64,000 nucleotides of DNA from positions 1 through 64,000 of IMG/VR virus record IMGVR_UViG_3300030106_006480; one strand, given 5' to 3'. Positions 27,411 to 35,909 of the stretch are shown here, piece after piece. Under the pieces are notes generated by a model, which saw only the letters and a program-made list of their open reading frames with translations, was not told the DNA's origin and made no database searches. The DNA is from a virus. Both the position numbers and the translations under genes were made by a program. Position 1 is the stretch's first letter; every line of letters begins with the position of its first letter.

Positions 27411-29210
27411 TTAGGTTAGTTGTTCTTCTCTTTTTATCAACGCAACTTTGAATGCGTCTTCAACATTGGAACGTTCGAGATCACTGAGTCTTTTGTTGCC
27501 AATATCACCGATTTGATTAACAGTCATGACACCATTATTAACAAAGAGTTGAATGGTGTAACGAGGCTGCCCATCAATCATGGTCAGAATGATGAGTTGT
27601 CTCATCTTCTTGATATCATCTGCATAACCATGACCAGCACCAACACAGTTGCGGACGGCTCGACCCCAAGCTGCTAGCTGGTGTGTGTCATAAGGCTGTA
27701 AGAAGCTATACTTAACATCTTCACCGTCATTGCATTGCTCAACTTTGATGGGTTGAGGAAATAGCTTCTGAGGCAAGTTAACGTTAGCGTTGCTGATCTT
27801 CCATGTCTCTGCCATGAGATGATCGTGCCATTCCATTAAACGCCAGCGCTTGGGCTTGATGTTGTCAGTACGATCAGTAGTAATGCATTGGCAAAGCATG
27901 TCATAAGTATCACGCCAATCTGTCATGTAGACATGGCGCTGTCCTGTAGCAGCGTCAGCACTTAGAAGGTAACCTCCGCATTCACTTCTTTGTTGGTCAA
28001 GTTCTGACTGTTGCTTGTACTTTTGATAGAGCATGTTGAGAAATGATTCAACAGGCAAGTTTTCTTGCATCCACTGAAAACCAGTTCTGTTGTGAGAGTT
28101 AATTAGTACTATTTTAGAGAGCCAATCAAACCTGGAATGAAGTAGATTGTGATCAATGTCACGATAAACTTCTTTGATTTCATTGACAGATGATAAGAAC
28201 TGATAAAGAATTCCATAGGGTGGTTTAAGTGCTTCACGATCATACATATTTTGTGCAATATTATTTTCATGAATGACTTTGGTGTCATTCATTGCATTTA
28301 AAACTAAAGATCTAAACCACTTGGCAGATAGTACATCTTGCATGTATTCACAACAGAAATGTTTACGCAATATATGGATAATATTGTCTACATCATGGAC
28401 GTACATGGTCTCACTACCCATCCATCTAGGCCTGGACCAGTACTTTGACATAATATTTTCAAACTTGTTGTTCTCAGGATCAAGCCGAGTAAAGATATCA
28501 TCGCTTGATCCTCCTTTGAATTGAGGAATATCTTTGGCAAGTTGGTTTTCCCATTTTTGAACAGTGCGATAAACAGTCCAGGTCTTACCATAAGACTTGA
28601 GGTGATGCTCACTACGGTTGGGATCTTTCCAGTAGTTACCGGTATAGCCATCCATGATGTCATCTTTAGTCATCAGGATTGTTTTGCGATACCAATAACT
28701 GCGGCCATCTTTGATACGTGGAAGCATCATTGATTCATCATTTTGATTAAACATGCACTTACCAAGTGTGCGACGACTTGGGATGTATACATCAGTACAT
28801 TGTTTACGAGCTGCTGCTGTATCTCGATACGCAATTGTCAAGCCATAGATGTATGAATCATCTTTTGACTGTAAAAGCTTGCTGCCATTCGGAGGCAGCC
28901 ATGCAGCTACCCACAATTGGCGATGATAGTAGACAACAGCAAATGGTTCAGGTTCCTGTCCAAAGACAGGCTTCGTAAATAAGTGAACTTTGTCTGGTGC
29001 TTTCTCTTTGTTGAGCTGTTCTACTGTTTGTTCCCACAAGTTGTCTTTAACGACGTGCTTGGGGAACATGTTTGAAGGACGACCACTGGGAAATGTTTTC
29101 CGCTTGTTCTTGTTACGATTTTCTGTAGCTATAGGGGCTGCAAGTTTCTTACGCGTTTGGTCATAGCCTGCAACTTCAAGTGCAAGCTGGTTAGGAAGAT
29201 TGAAATGCAT
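27411..29210 (-). CDS. Large protein with C-terminal PcfJ-like domain
   Basis: 'WHDHL...QLAAWGRAVRNCVG...YTIQL...NQI'. Confidence 0.65.
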   Translation of the reverse strand: MHFNLPNQLALEVAGYDQTRKKLAAPIATENRNKNKRKTFPSGRPSNMFPKHVVKDNLWEQTVEQLNKEKAPDKVHLFTKPVFGQEPEPFAVVYYHRQLWVAAWLPPNGSKLLQSKDDSYIYGLTIAYRDTAAARKQCTDVYIPSRRTLGKCMFNQNDESMMLPRIKDGRSYWYRKTILMTKDDIMDGYTGNYWKDPNRSEHHLKSYGKTWTVYRTVQKWENQLAKDIPQFKGGSSDDIFTRLDPENNKFENIMSKYWSRPRWMGSETMYVHDVDNIIHILRKHFCCEYMQDVLSAKWFRSLVLNAMNDTKVIHENNIAQNMYDREALKPPYGILYQFLSSVNEIKEVYRDIDHNLLHSRFDWLSKIVLINSHNRTGFQWMQENLPVESFLNMLYQKYKQQSELDQQRSECGGYLLSADAATGQRHVYMTDWRDTYDMLCQCITTDRTDNIKPKRWRLMEWHDHLMAETWKISNANVNLPQKLFPQPIKVEQCNDGEDVKYSFLQPYDTHQLAAWGRAVRNCVGAGHGYADDIKKMRQLIILTMIDGQPRYTIQLFVNNGVMTVNQIGDIGNKRLSDLERSNVEDAFKVALIKREEQLT

Positions 29211-29240
29211 GATTTAGTGTAGTGTGATGTGTTGTAAAAG

Positions 29241-29280
29241 ATTGGGACTTACATGCAGTCGGGGAAATGCAATGCCCAAT
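29241..29280 (-). ncRNA. Family B bulged stem-loop, copy 3
   Basis: RNA AUUGGG-CAU-UGCA-UUUCCCCGAC-UGCA-UG-UAAGU-CCCAAU. Confidence 0.75.
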
Positions 29281-29283
29281 AGA

Positions 29284-29583
29284 TTAGAACTCGATGCAGT
29301 CTGGATCGTCTGCAACCCAATCAAGATCTAGTTGATCTAAGAATTGAATTTGTTCTGGTTGAGAACCGTCGATAGGAGGTGGTAACTCTCCTTCTTCTAG
29401 TTCAAAACACGCACTACAGACTGCTGGACCATATTCAGCAGGATGGGCAAAATCTGCTGGATGGTAAGTTGCAGGAATTGTTTGAACCATGTCAGCAATC
29501 TCGGCAACAGAGATCCAAGAAGATGTTCCATGTTCATCGACAAGATCAAGTTCAATAGAGCGGACATAAAGAATTTCAGTCAT
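29284..29583 (-). CDS. Acidic hypothetical protein
   Basis: Start moved to ATG 29583; 'PAEYGPAVC'. Confidence 0.65.
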   Translation of the reverse strand: MTEILYVRSIELDLVDEHGTSSWISVAEIADMVQTIPATYHPADFAHPAEYGPAVCSACFELEEGELPPPIDGSQPEQIQFLDQLDLDWVADDPDCIEF

Positions 29584-29752
29584 TAGAGTTGATGTTAAGG
29601 ATTTGGACCGCCGCATTTGATAATGCTTCGGCTTGGTCAAAATACTTGTTCCACTCATTAGAACCGATTGGGTACTGTTGTGCCTCAGTTCTTTTGGTAT
29701 CTGCTATACCTGATACAGTTTGATAAGCAACCATCAAAGTTTGGTGATCCAT
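29576..29752 (-). CDS. 58 aa hypothetical protein (MDHQTLMVAY...); not in ORF track
   Basis: Preceded by a family A element and an AC-rich leader. Confidence 0.65.
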   Translation of the reverse strand: MDHQTLMVAYQTVSGIADTKRTEAQQYPIGSNEWNKYFDQAEALSNAAVQILNINSND

Positions 29753-29777
29753 AGTGAAGTGTAGTGTGATGTGGACA

Positions 29778-29805
29778 TAGACAGTTTAAGGTCTTATCTA
29801 GGACC
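29778..29805 (-). ncRNA. Family A H-type pseudoknot, copy 3
   Basis: RNA GGUC-CUAGAUAA-GACC-UUAAAC-UGUCUA. Confidence 0.75.
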
Positions 29806-29844
29806 ATGTAAGGGTATTAATTATAAGTATTATTGATTAGTAGA

Positions 29845-29888
29845 TGTCCCCCCTTGGTAGCCCCCTGGGGGGTGCAGGGGGGGTACCC
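29845..29888. other. C-run/G-run inverted repeat next to an AT-rich tract
   Basis: GTCCCCCCTTGGTAGCCCCCTGGGGGGTGCAGGGGGGGTACCC. Confidence 0.5.
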
Positions 29889-29905
29889 ATTGAGATATTC
29901 CATAT

Positions 29906-30274
29906 TTAGATGTGTTCTGGTTTTAGATTAAACTTTTGAATTGCATCATCCGTTGCTTCTTGATCGCCATCGAGGACGACCAGTCCGCGTATACGATTGG
30001 ATGCTGCATGCCAAATATAACTAGTGCAGTCATATCGCTCAGTATCTTTCCCATCAACTACAACAGTGATGGGATACTGTCCAGTCTCGATCTTAGGAGG
30101 GATTGTCTTGTCATTAGTAATGATACTGATTAGATCAAACCCTGCCTTGTCATGGATCTCTCCATGTAGATAGATACCGTCCAGGCCGTAGAAAAGCTCT
30201 CCGTCTTTTAAGTGTTTACGATTGAGGGTACCAAAACCTTCTGCATACCAAGTGGGTTTCATTAGTCTGACCAC
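29906..30274 (-). CDS. Hypothetical protein
   Basis: ORF on the arm's coding strand. Confidence 0.6.
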   Translation of the reverse strand: MVRLMKPTWYAEGFGTLNRKHLKDGELFYGLDGIYLHGEIHDKAGFDLISIITNDKTIPPKIETGQYPITVVVDGKDTERYDCTSYIWHAASNRIRGLVVLDGDQEATDDAIQKFNLKPEHI

Positions 30275-30552
30275 ATGTCAGGTTTCTTATTGTATTCAGG
30301 AAGATCTGGTGTTTCTTCTGGTTTCAAGTCAGGAGGACTGAGCTTTGGAAGATCACAGATTTTAATGTTGCGTTTGCTGAGGCCGGTTCCGGGGATCCCC
30401 ACAGATCCACGGATGCCGGACTCTCTTGCATTTAGAGTGAGCTGGAACGGACCAAGTTTGAATGACTTGGAGAATGATTGTGGGCCACGTTCTGTGAAGT
30501 TGATGCCTGCAATCGTCTTGTCAAAGTTGATTGCGCTGCGTTTGCGTGTCAT
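30262..30552 (-). CDS. DUF4236-like protein
   Basis: 'KSFKLGPFQLTL...GSVGIPGTGLS'. Confidence 0.65.
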   Translation of the reverse strand: MTRKRSAINFDKTIAGINFTERGPQSFSKSFKLGPFQLTLNARESGIRGSVGIPGTGLSKRNIKICDLPKLSPPDLKPEETPDLPEYNKKPDMWSD

Positions 30553-30570
30553 GATTTTGAATTGAAATGA

Positions 30571-32058
30571 TTAGTAAGTGATCCTGTAGTGTGTATATCC
30601 TGCAGGACGTTTCCGAAGTTTCTCGAATAAAGCTTCAGCTTCTTTACGAGTATCAAATGAACCATGGTATTTGTAGTGACTATCTATCCAACACTTTTGA
30701 ATACCGTTAGCTCTTGCTACATAGGATTCTTTAATCAAATACTCTTCAACTTTGAAATGTTTGAGGTCTGTCATGATTCAAGATCCTCTTTGAAGATAAA
30801 TCCTTTAGCTCTAGCTTTATCTTTAATCTTCTTATCTTGTATATCTTTACCGTGCATATAGCTTTCGACTGATTGTCCAGGTTTTGGGCCTCTTGTTGGA
30901 AGTTTAGTAACTTTGTATTCAGTTGCAGGAACCCAGCTTTGTTTAGATCGTTTGCGTGTCATGATGAAGCGTTTGGATAGAGTTGATTGTAGATTGAAAC
31001 TGTATTGCGATGGAGTGAGTTAACTCGCATAAAGTTAGCTTCAAGCCATTCGTGTAATGCAATTTCAATAACTCGGGATTCTTCAACCCCGAGTATGTCT
31101 GACAACAGTTCAATCATTTGCTGATCGATCTGTGTGATTGGGGTTACCTTGTAGTTTGATGGGTCAGTCATCAAGAATTTGCTCTGCTAGTTGTTGCATT
31201 TTTGTCTCTGCATCTTTCCACTTGTTCAAGTAATACTGCTCTTCCTCTGGTGTATCAGAGTTGAGCATCATTGCATGGTAAGTGGTGCATTGACGAAATT
31301 GTTTTGTGAAGGGATCTTCACCCCACGGCTCTGGTTGCTCCAGAAGAATTGAAGATGACACGATTCTTTTGAGTGTAGATACGAATGTGTTTTAGGACAG
31401 TAGAGTCACTGATGCCATACTTCATTGCTATTTCTTTAGCTGATAAGCCTACGAAATAGTATTGATAAGCAGCTTCAGCGATCTCTTCAGGCAGCATGGA
31501 GTAACCTCCTTTGATGTACTTTCTGGGCATTGAGTCTTAGCTGTCGTGTGAAGGAAGTTCAGGGAAGTTAGGATCATCAGGATCCATATTGGTTTTGTAA
31601 TGGACTGAACCATCTGGTGAGACAAAGCCAGCCATGTACTTACCACCTGCATTCTCAGCTATTTCAGCAAATTTTGCGGTGAGCCTCATGAACTGAAGTT
31701 TTTGAGAATCAGGAACATTCTCTGGAGTGATGTCTTTAGACATGATGAATTAATAAGCAATGATAAGTTTTACTAATGTGTTAATGAGTTAAGACCAGTA
31801 GTCTTTTCTGCATCTGAATTGAAGCATCTCGTAAGTCCAGCTGCTTCCTTCAAAGTCAACAATGGTTTTCATTGCTGCTTGAACTGCAGACCAGTCTTCT
31901 GGACGTGAGGGGCATACAGACATGTACTGCACACAAGCAGCGTCAAGTTTGTTCCATGCTTCTTTCCAAGCATCATCATCAAACTCGGGTTCTGTTGGCA
32001 TCTCACGGCCCTTCTCTTCAAAGTAAGGACCAAAGATGTCTTTGATTGTTTCAAGCAT
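30571..32058 (-). CDS. Run of small early hypothetical ORFs (30571-30774, 30771-30962, 30959-31174, 31164-31361, 31318-31530 HTH-like, 31537-31743, 31789-32058)
   Basis: Tightly packed, same strand, several ATGA-type overlaps; 31318-31530 has 'LSAKEIAMKYGISDSTVLKHI'. Confidence 0.6.
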
Positions 32059-32083
32059 AGATTTTGGTGTAGTAAAGGAAAAG

Positions 32084-32114
32084 TACTAGGACTTACGCTG
32101 TAAGCTGCCTAGTA
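32084..32114 (-). ncRNA. Family B bulged stem-loop, copy 4
   Basis: RNA UACUAGG-CA-GCU-UAC-AGC-G-UAAGU-CCUAGUA. Confidence 0.75.
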
Positions 32115-32128
32115 GTTGTGTTACTTAA

Positions 32129-32780
32129 TCAACAGTAATAAACAGGTTCAGTGGGATAATGCCTGGCATAGTCATCACCAAACGTGATATCAATAGCAGT
32201 TAATCCTCTGCTGTCGCTAATCAAAGGTTGGTCTTGGTAGTCGTATCCAATTGAGAGACGGATTGCTTCTTTGATTGCTTGCTTCTTACTGAAGACAAAG
32301 ATCGTGTTAAGCGGTTCGCCTTCTTCGTACCACCATCCACCTTCTTCTGGCCCACCATATTTTTGCCAAGTGTTGTGGACTTGGATGGTGATTGGATCTT
32401 GGTTGTCGAACTCTTTGTACCAGTTGTAGATGTTGATCCAGTACCTTGCGTATCCTGTTTTGGGATACTGTTTGGTGTAGGTTTTGAGTGAATTAGACAT
32501 CTGAAGTTGTTGTAAAGAACTGTACAGATAACAGTAATGATTACAATGATGTGCAAGATGACATCATCGTTATTGTTGTCATGCATTAGTTAGTTCCTCC
32601 ATATTCTTTGTGATAGTCATCTTCGCCTGATACCGCTTCAGACATAAGTTCTTGCATAAGTTGTTCTTGCTCATTAGCTATGTCGTTAAGGACAAATAAC
32701 TGATCAGCAGTGTATTCAGACTTCTCCTGGTCATCGAAGTTGTCTTGTTGCTCATGGAGCCAAGTTTTGATAAGTGACAT
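32129..32780 (-). CDS. Small early hypothetical ORFs (32129-32500 'YGGPEEGGWWY'; 32586-32780)
   Basis: Minus-strand ORFs with AC-rich leaders. Confidence 0.6.
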
Positions 32781-32805
32781 GATGCGTAGTGAAATAAGGT
32801 TTGCA

Positions 32806-32833
32806 TGAGCAGTTTAAGGACATGCTCAGGTCC
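32806..32833 (-). ncRNA. Family A H-type pseudoknot, copy 4
   Basis: RNA GGAC-CUGAGCAU-GUCC-UUAAAC-UGCUCA. Confidence 0.8.
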
Positions 32834-32838
32834 AAGTA

Positions 32839-33781
32839 CTAAATTTCGTCCATGCAGTCAGGCATGAAAGCAACGCATTCCTTGATTAGGTCTGAGTTGT
32901 TAAGGCATTTGAGAGACTCTTCAGTGTGAAAGTCATCGCTCATATCTTCCTGACATTCAAGATAGCTATCGATCAGGATTTTGCGTTGAGCTTTGGTGAT
33001 GTAGGTACTAGGCATAATTTAGTTGTTGTGTGAAGTGTAGGGTTGAACTTCAATAGATTGAGCTTGAGTCTTCATTGTGTAGCTAACAGCGTAAACACCG
33101 GCCACAACAAGAAGGACACAAGAGATACAACCAACAATCCAGGTAGGAACATCTGATTTGTAGTAAGAGTCAAGACAGACGTATCTGTTTGAACCAAGCT
33201 TGATGATTTGTTTCATGATTTGGTGAGCCAGTGATCCTGGACTTGTTGTGTGAGTTTAAAGTTGTTGAGTTTGACTTTAATCTGCACGTCATCCCATACG
33301 TTGGTTGGTACACAAACTGTCTTGGTTTCAGATTGACCATCAACGATGATCATTTCTCTGTACCAGTTTGTTTCCCTATTTCTGGGATAAGCAATGACGA
33401 TGGCTCTATAGTCATCGCCTGCAGATAATACCATCCATTCCTTGTCACGAGCAGCAAGGATAGCTTGTTCCTGGAGCTGTTTAGTAGATGGATGGGTCGG
33501 GAGAGATGAATCGTGCAAGACTTCGTCGTGCATTGTTGAATCCATGTTTGATGTTGTCTTTGGTTGGGACTTTGGCATCACCGATGAGGTCACCGATGTC
33601 ATGAAGAAGACTCTTTGTCTTCTTCCTTAGTTTGAATTGAGTCATTGTCAGAGAATGCATAGAGTGTAACCATGAATGCTCCTGTGGCAATACCAATAGG
33701 AGACATTCCAAGAAGTGCGGCACCACCTAGCAAAGCTGCTGTGATGCCTACTGATTGTCGCTTAGTCTTGTCCATTGTCAA
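32839..33781 (-). CDS. Small early hypothetical ORFs (32839-33015, not in track; 33019-33216 TM; 33213-33602; 33599-33781 TM)
   Basis: Packed minus-strand ORFs. Confidence 0.55.
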
Positions 33782-33811
33782 GATAAGAAACGTTTGAGCA
33801 GGATATAGAGT

Positions 33812-33847
33812 CCTGCAGAGAAGGCCCGTAGGCCCTCAGTGCAAGAG
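33812..33847 (-). ncRNA. Long intergenic hairpin with UACG tetraloop (element D)
   Basis: RNA UCUUGCA-CU-GAGGGCC-UACG-GGCCUUC-UC-UGCAGGA. Confidence 0.6.
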
Positions 33848-34051
33848 TCAGTTAGCTAAGTAACGGATATGCATGCAGTGTTTAGCATCACCTACCCATG
33901 AACGCATAGTAACCAAACGATGATAGTCAGGTTGCTTCAGGCATTCCTGGGTAGCAATCTTATTCAGATGTTTCTGCCCTGCTACGCAAAGCAAAGCACC
34001 GATACCAACACCTGCAATGATGGCAGTGATAGGAGTGAGAGGAGAACGCAT
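33848..34051 (-). CDS. Small membrane protein
   Basis: MRSPLTPITAIIAGVGIGALLCVAG...; start moved to the ATG after element C1. Confidence 0.6.
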   Translation of the reverse strand: MRSPLTPITAIIAGVGIGALLCVAGQKHLNKIATQECLKQPDYHRLVTMRSWVGDAKHCMHIRYLAN

Positions 34052-34069
34052 GATGTGTGATGTAATAGA

Positions 34070-34137
34070 GATGCCACGGGATTGTGGCAATAACTGCCGG
34101 AGGGTTTGCACCTCCGGACCCGCTTTAACGGATCAGT
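34070..34137 (-). ncRNA. Family C tRNA-like element, copy 1
   Basis: RNA ACUG-AUCCG UUAAAG CGGGU-CCGGAGG UGCAAAC CCUCCGG-CAGU-UAU-UGCCAC AAUCCC GUGGCA. Confidence 0.7.
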
Positions 34138-34345
34138 CTTTATCAGAGAAATAACCGACTGCTATGCCAATGGCACCGCAAATCACAAATGTAATGGGAT
34201 GAGTGGTCATAAACTCCCACTGCCAGTGATAGAACATACGCACAGGAGGTAGCGTAAGATACATTGCAAAAGCTAGTAAACAACCAAGGACTGCACCAAC
34301 TAAAGTTGCACCCAAGGTAGACAGCTTTTCAAATGAAGTGAACAT
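34133..34345 (-). CDS. Small two-TM membrane protein
   Basis: Two hydrophobic segments in 70 aa. Confidence 0.6.
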   Translation of the reverse strand: MFTSFEKLSTLGATLVGAVLGCLLAFAMYLTLPPVRMFYHWQWEFMTTHPITFVICGAIGIAVGYFSDKD

Positions 34346-34366
34346 AGTTTAGTGTTTGAAACAATA

Positions 34367-34432
34367 GATGCCACTTGATTGTGGCAATAGTTGAGTAGGG
34401 GATTCGATCCCCCGGCATCACGCCTGGTCAGA
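34367..34432 (-). ncRNA. Family C tRNA-like element, copy 2
   Basis: RNA ...GGCG UGA UGCC-GGGGG AUCGAAU CCCCU-ACUCAAC-UAU-UGCCAC AAUCAA GUGGCA. Confidence 0.65.
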
Positions 34433-34986
34433 TGACCATCTCAACTGGAGATTCCATCATCTCCACAAAGGAGAGAACAGATATCTCTGAGTAGCCACAC
34501 TCTTCTGGGTGACCTTCGTAGTTATGTTCGACCGAAAGATCGAACGCAACCGAGTCGGCCTCCTCCTTAGAGAAGTGTGCGCTGTGTTGTTGACCGTTGA
34601 GGATGACGAAGAACACGTCAGTCGCTCCGAGTGTGCGGTACCTATCTCCGCTGTAGGTAATAACTGGTGGGGGCATTGCACCCCCACTGGCCGCTTGAAC
34701 GGACTCAGTTGACTTGAGCAACAATAGTTACTGCTCTACCACCAAACTCTGGGCTATTGAACATCTTCATGCCTAACTTTGCGTCAGCCATGAATTCAAT
34801 CAATGCCTTGTAAAGAGCACGGCAGTATTTCATCTGCTCTCGTTGTTGATCAGAATCATTAGCCAATAGCCAAGTCATCTGTCCTTCAGCAACAAGATAA
34901 TCAACTGTTTGCAAGATATCTTCTTGGTCAACCGCTGCGTTAGCGTTGGCTTTCCAATCAAATTTCCAGCTGGTTTGAGTTTGCAT
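34428..34986 (-). CDS. First two early ORFs (34428-34724, 34705-34986)
   Basis: Minus-strand ORFs at the start of the early arm. Confidence 0.6.
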
Positions 34987-35008
34987 GATGAAGTGAAGTG
35001 AGTGGACT

Positions 35009-35037
35009 GCTACGGTTTAACGTCCATCAGCTAGACG
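35009..35037 (-). ncRNA. Family A pseudoknot, divergent copy 5
   Basis: RNA CGUC-UAGCUGAUG-GACG-UUAAAC-CGUAGC. Confidence 0.55.
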
Positions 35038-35039
35038 AA

Positions 35040-35585
35040 CTACACAATCTTTCCTGGCCTTCGGGGCGGCGGAGCGCTAGATAACACAGGAAACTTGTGG
35101 AAATCTCAGGGATTTATGGCAGATTCCACAGGGATTTGTGGATAACGCAGGTTTCGTACTGCACAGCGGCAGCCTTGGTACCCTTCGCTCAGGTATCGTT
35201 GGCTTAACTAACCTTCGCTTAGGGATTCAGGCTTCGTTCGCTGTTCACCCCAGTTTTGACCCACCCCACCCTTTATTTTTTTTCTATACGGCACCTGCGA
35301 CCCACAAGGTGTGTGAGACGTCTCAGGTAATTATTAACCTAAATGAGGTAAAAAATGGGTTGTTTGTCGCAAAGATAGTGTAATATCACCAGGAATTTGG
35401 TAAATATCCTGGGGCAATAAAGCCAATAATATTTAATATTTAGTAAAGAGTCCTAGATATTTTTATATATCCACAAATGCTGACAAAAAATATTTAATAA
35501 AATAAATATTAAGATTTAAATAATATTTTGCAGCACAAAACGTCGCTAAAACTGACGATTACCCCAAATATTTACCCCAAACCGC
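35040..35585. other. Non-coding divergence region, candidate origin and/or genome-end region
   Basis: Gene direction diverges here; perfect DnaA box TGTGGATAA at 35137, variants at 35096 and 35122; CTTCG(C/T)T repeats at ~35183-35240; AT-rich tract at ~35420-35530. Confidence 0.55.
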
Positions 35586-35587
35586 CT

Positions 35588-35815
35588 TTATTTAAGACCG
35601 TGTTTCCTGAATTTGTGCGCAGCTTCTGCTGATTTGCCATATTTAACTTTATCTGGAGCCATTTCTGCAATCTCAAACCTACGTTCGCGTAATCGCTCCC
35701 TGATTTCACCATCAGTTGCACCAGCCCTGGCTAAATCTTTAGCTTCTTCGATGGTATTACCAAAAGCTGTTACTCTAAGAGCTTTATTTTTTACTAATTC
35801 CCTGTTATCTTCCAT
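35588..35815 (-). CDS. Hypothetical protein
   Basis: 75 aa ORF. Confidence 0.55.
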   Translation of the reverse strand: MEDNRELVKNKALRVTAFGNTIEEAKDLARAGATDGEIRERLRERRFEIAEMAPDKVKYGKSAEAAHKFRKHGLK

Positions 35816-35909
35816 TTATCGGGGGATAATCTTTTATTCAGTGGTTATATTCTAACGTATGTTAGATTTTGCACGATAAAATATTGTTATCAGAAATAAT
35901 AGTAGTTAA

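Noticed and set aside
34070-34432. True tRNA genes at the family C sites
   Set aside because: No anticodon arm, no 7-bp acceptor stem, no CCA
20936-35037. Dispersed repeats as a CRISPR array or integron attC sites
   Set aside because: Not regularly spaced identical repeats; no cas genes or intact integron integrase; no attC core motifs; conservation is structural
35009-35037. Hammerhead ribozyme (contains CUGAUG on the minus strand)
   Set aside because: No CUGAUGA plus GAAA core with three stems; fits family A better
35138-35383. 81-aa plus-strand ORF
   Set aside because: Starts inside a DnaA-like box in the repeat-rich non-coding region; no coding signature
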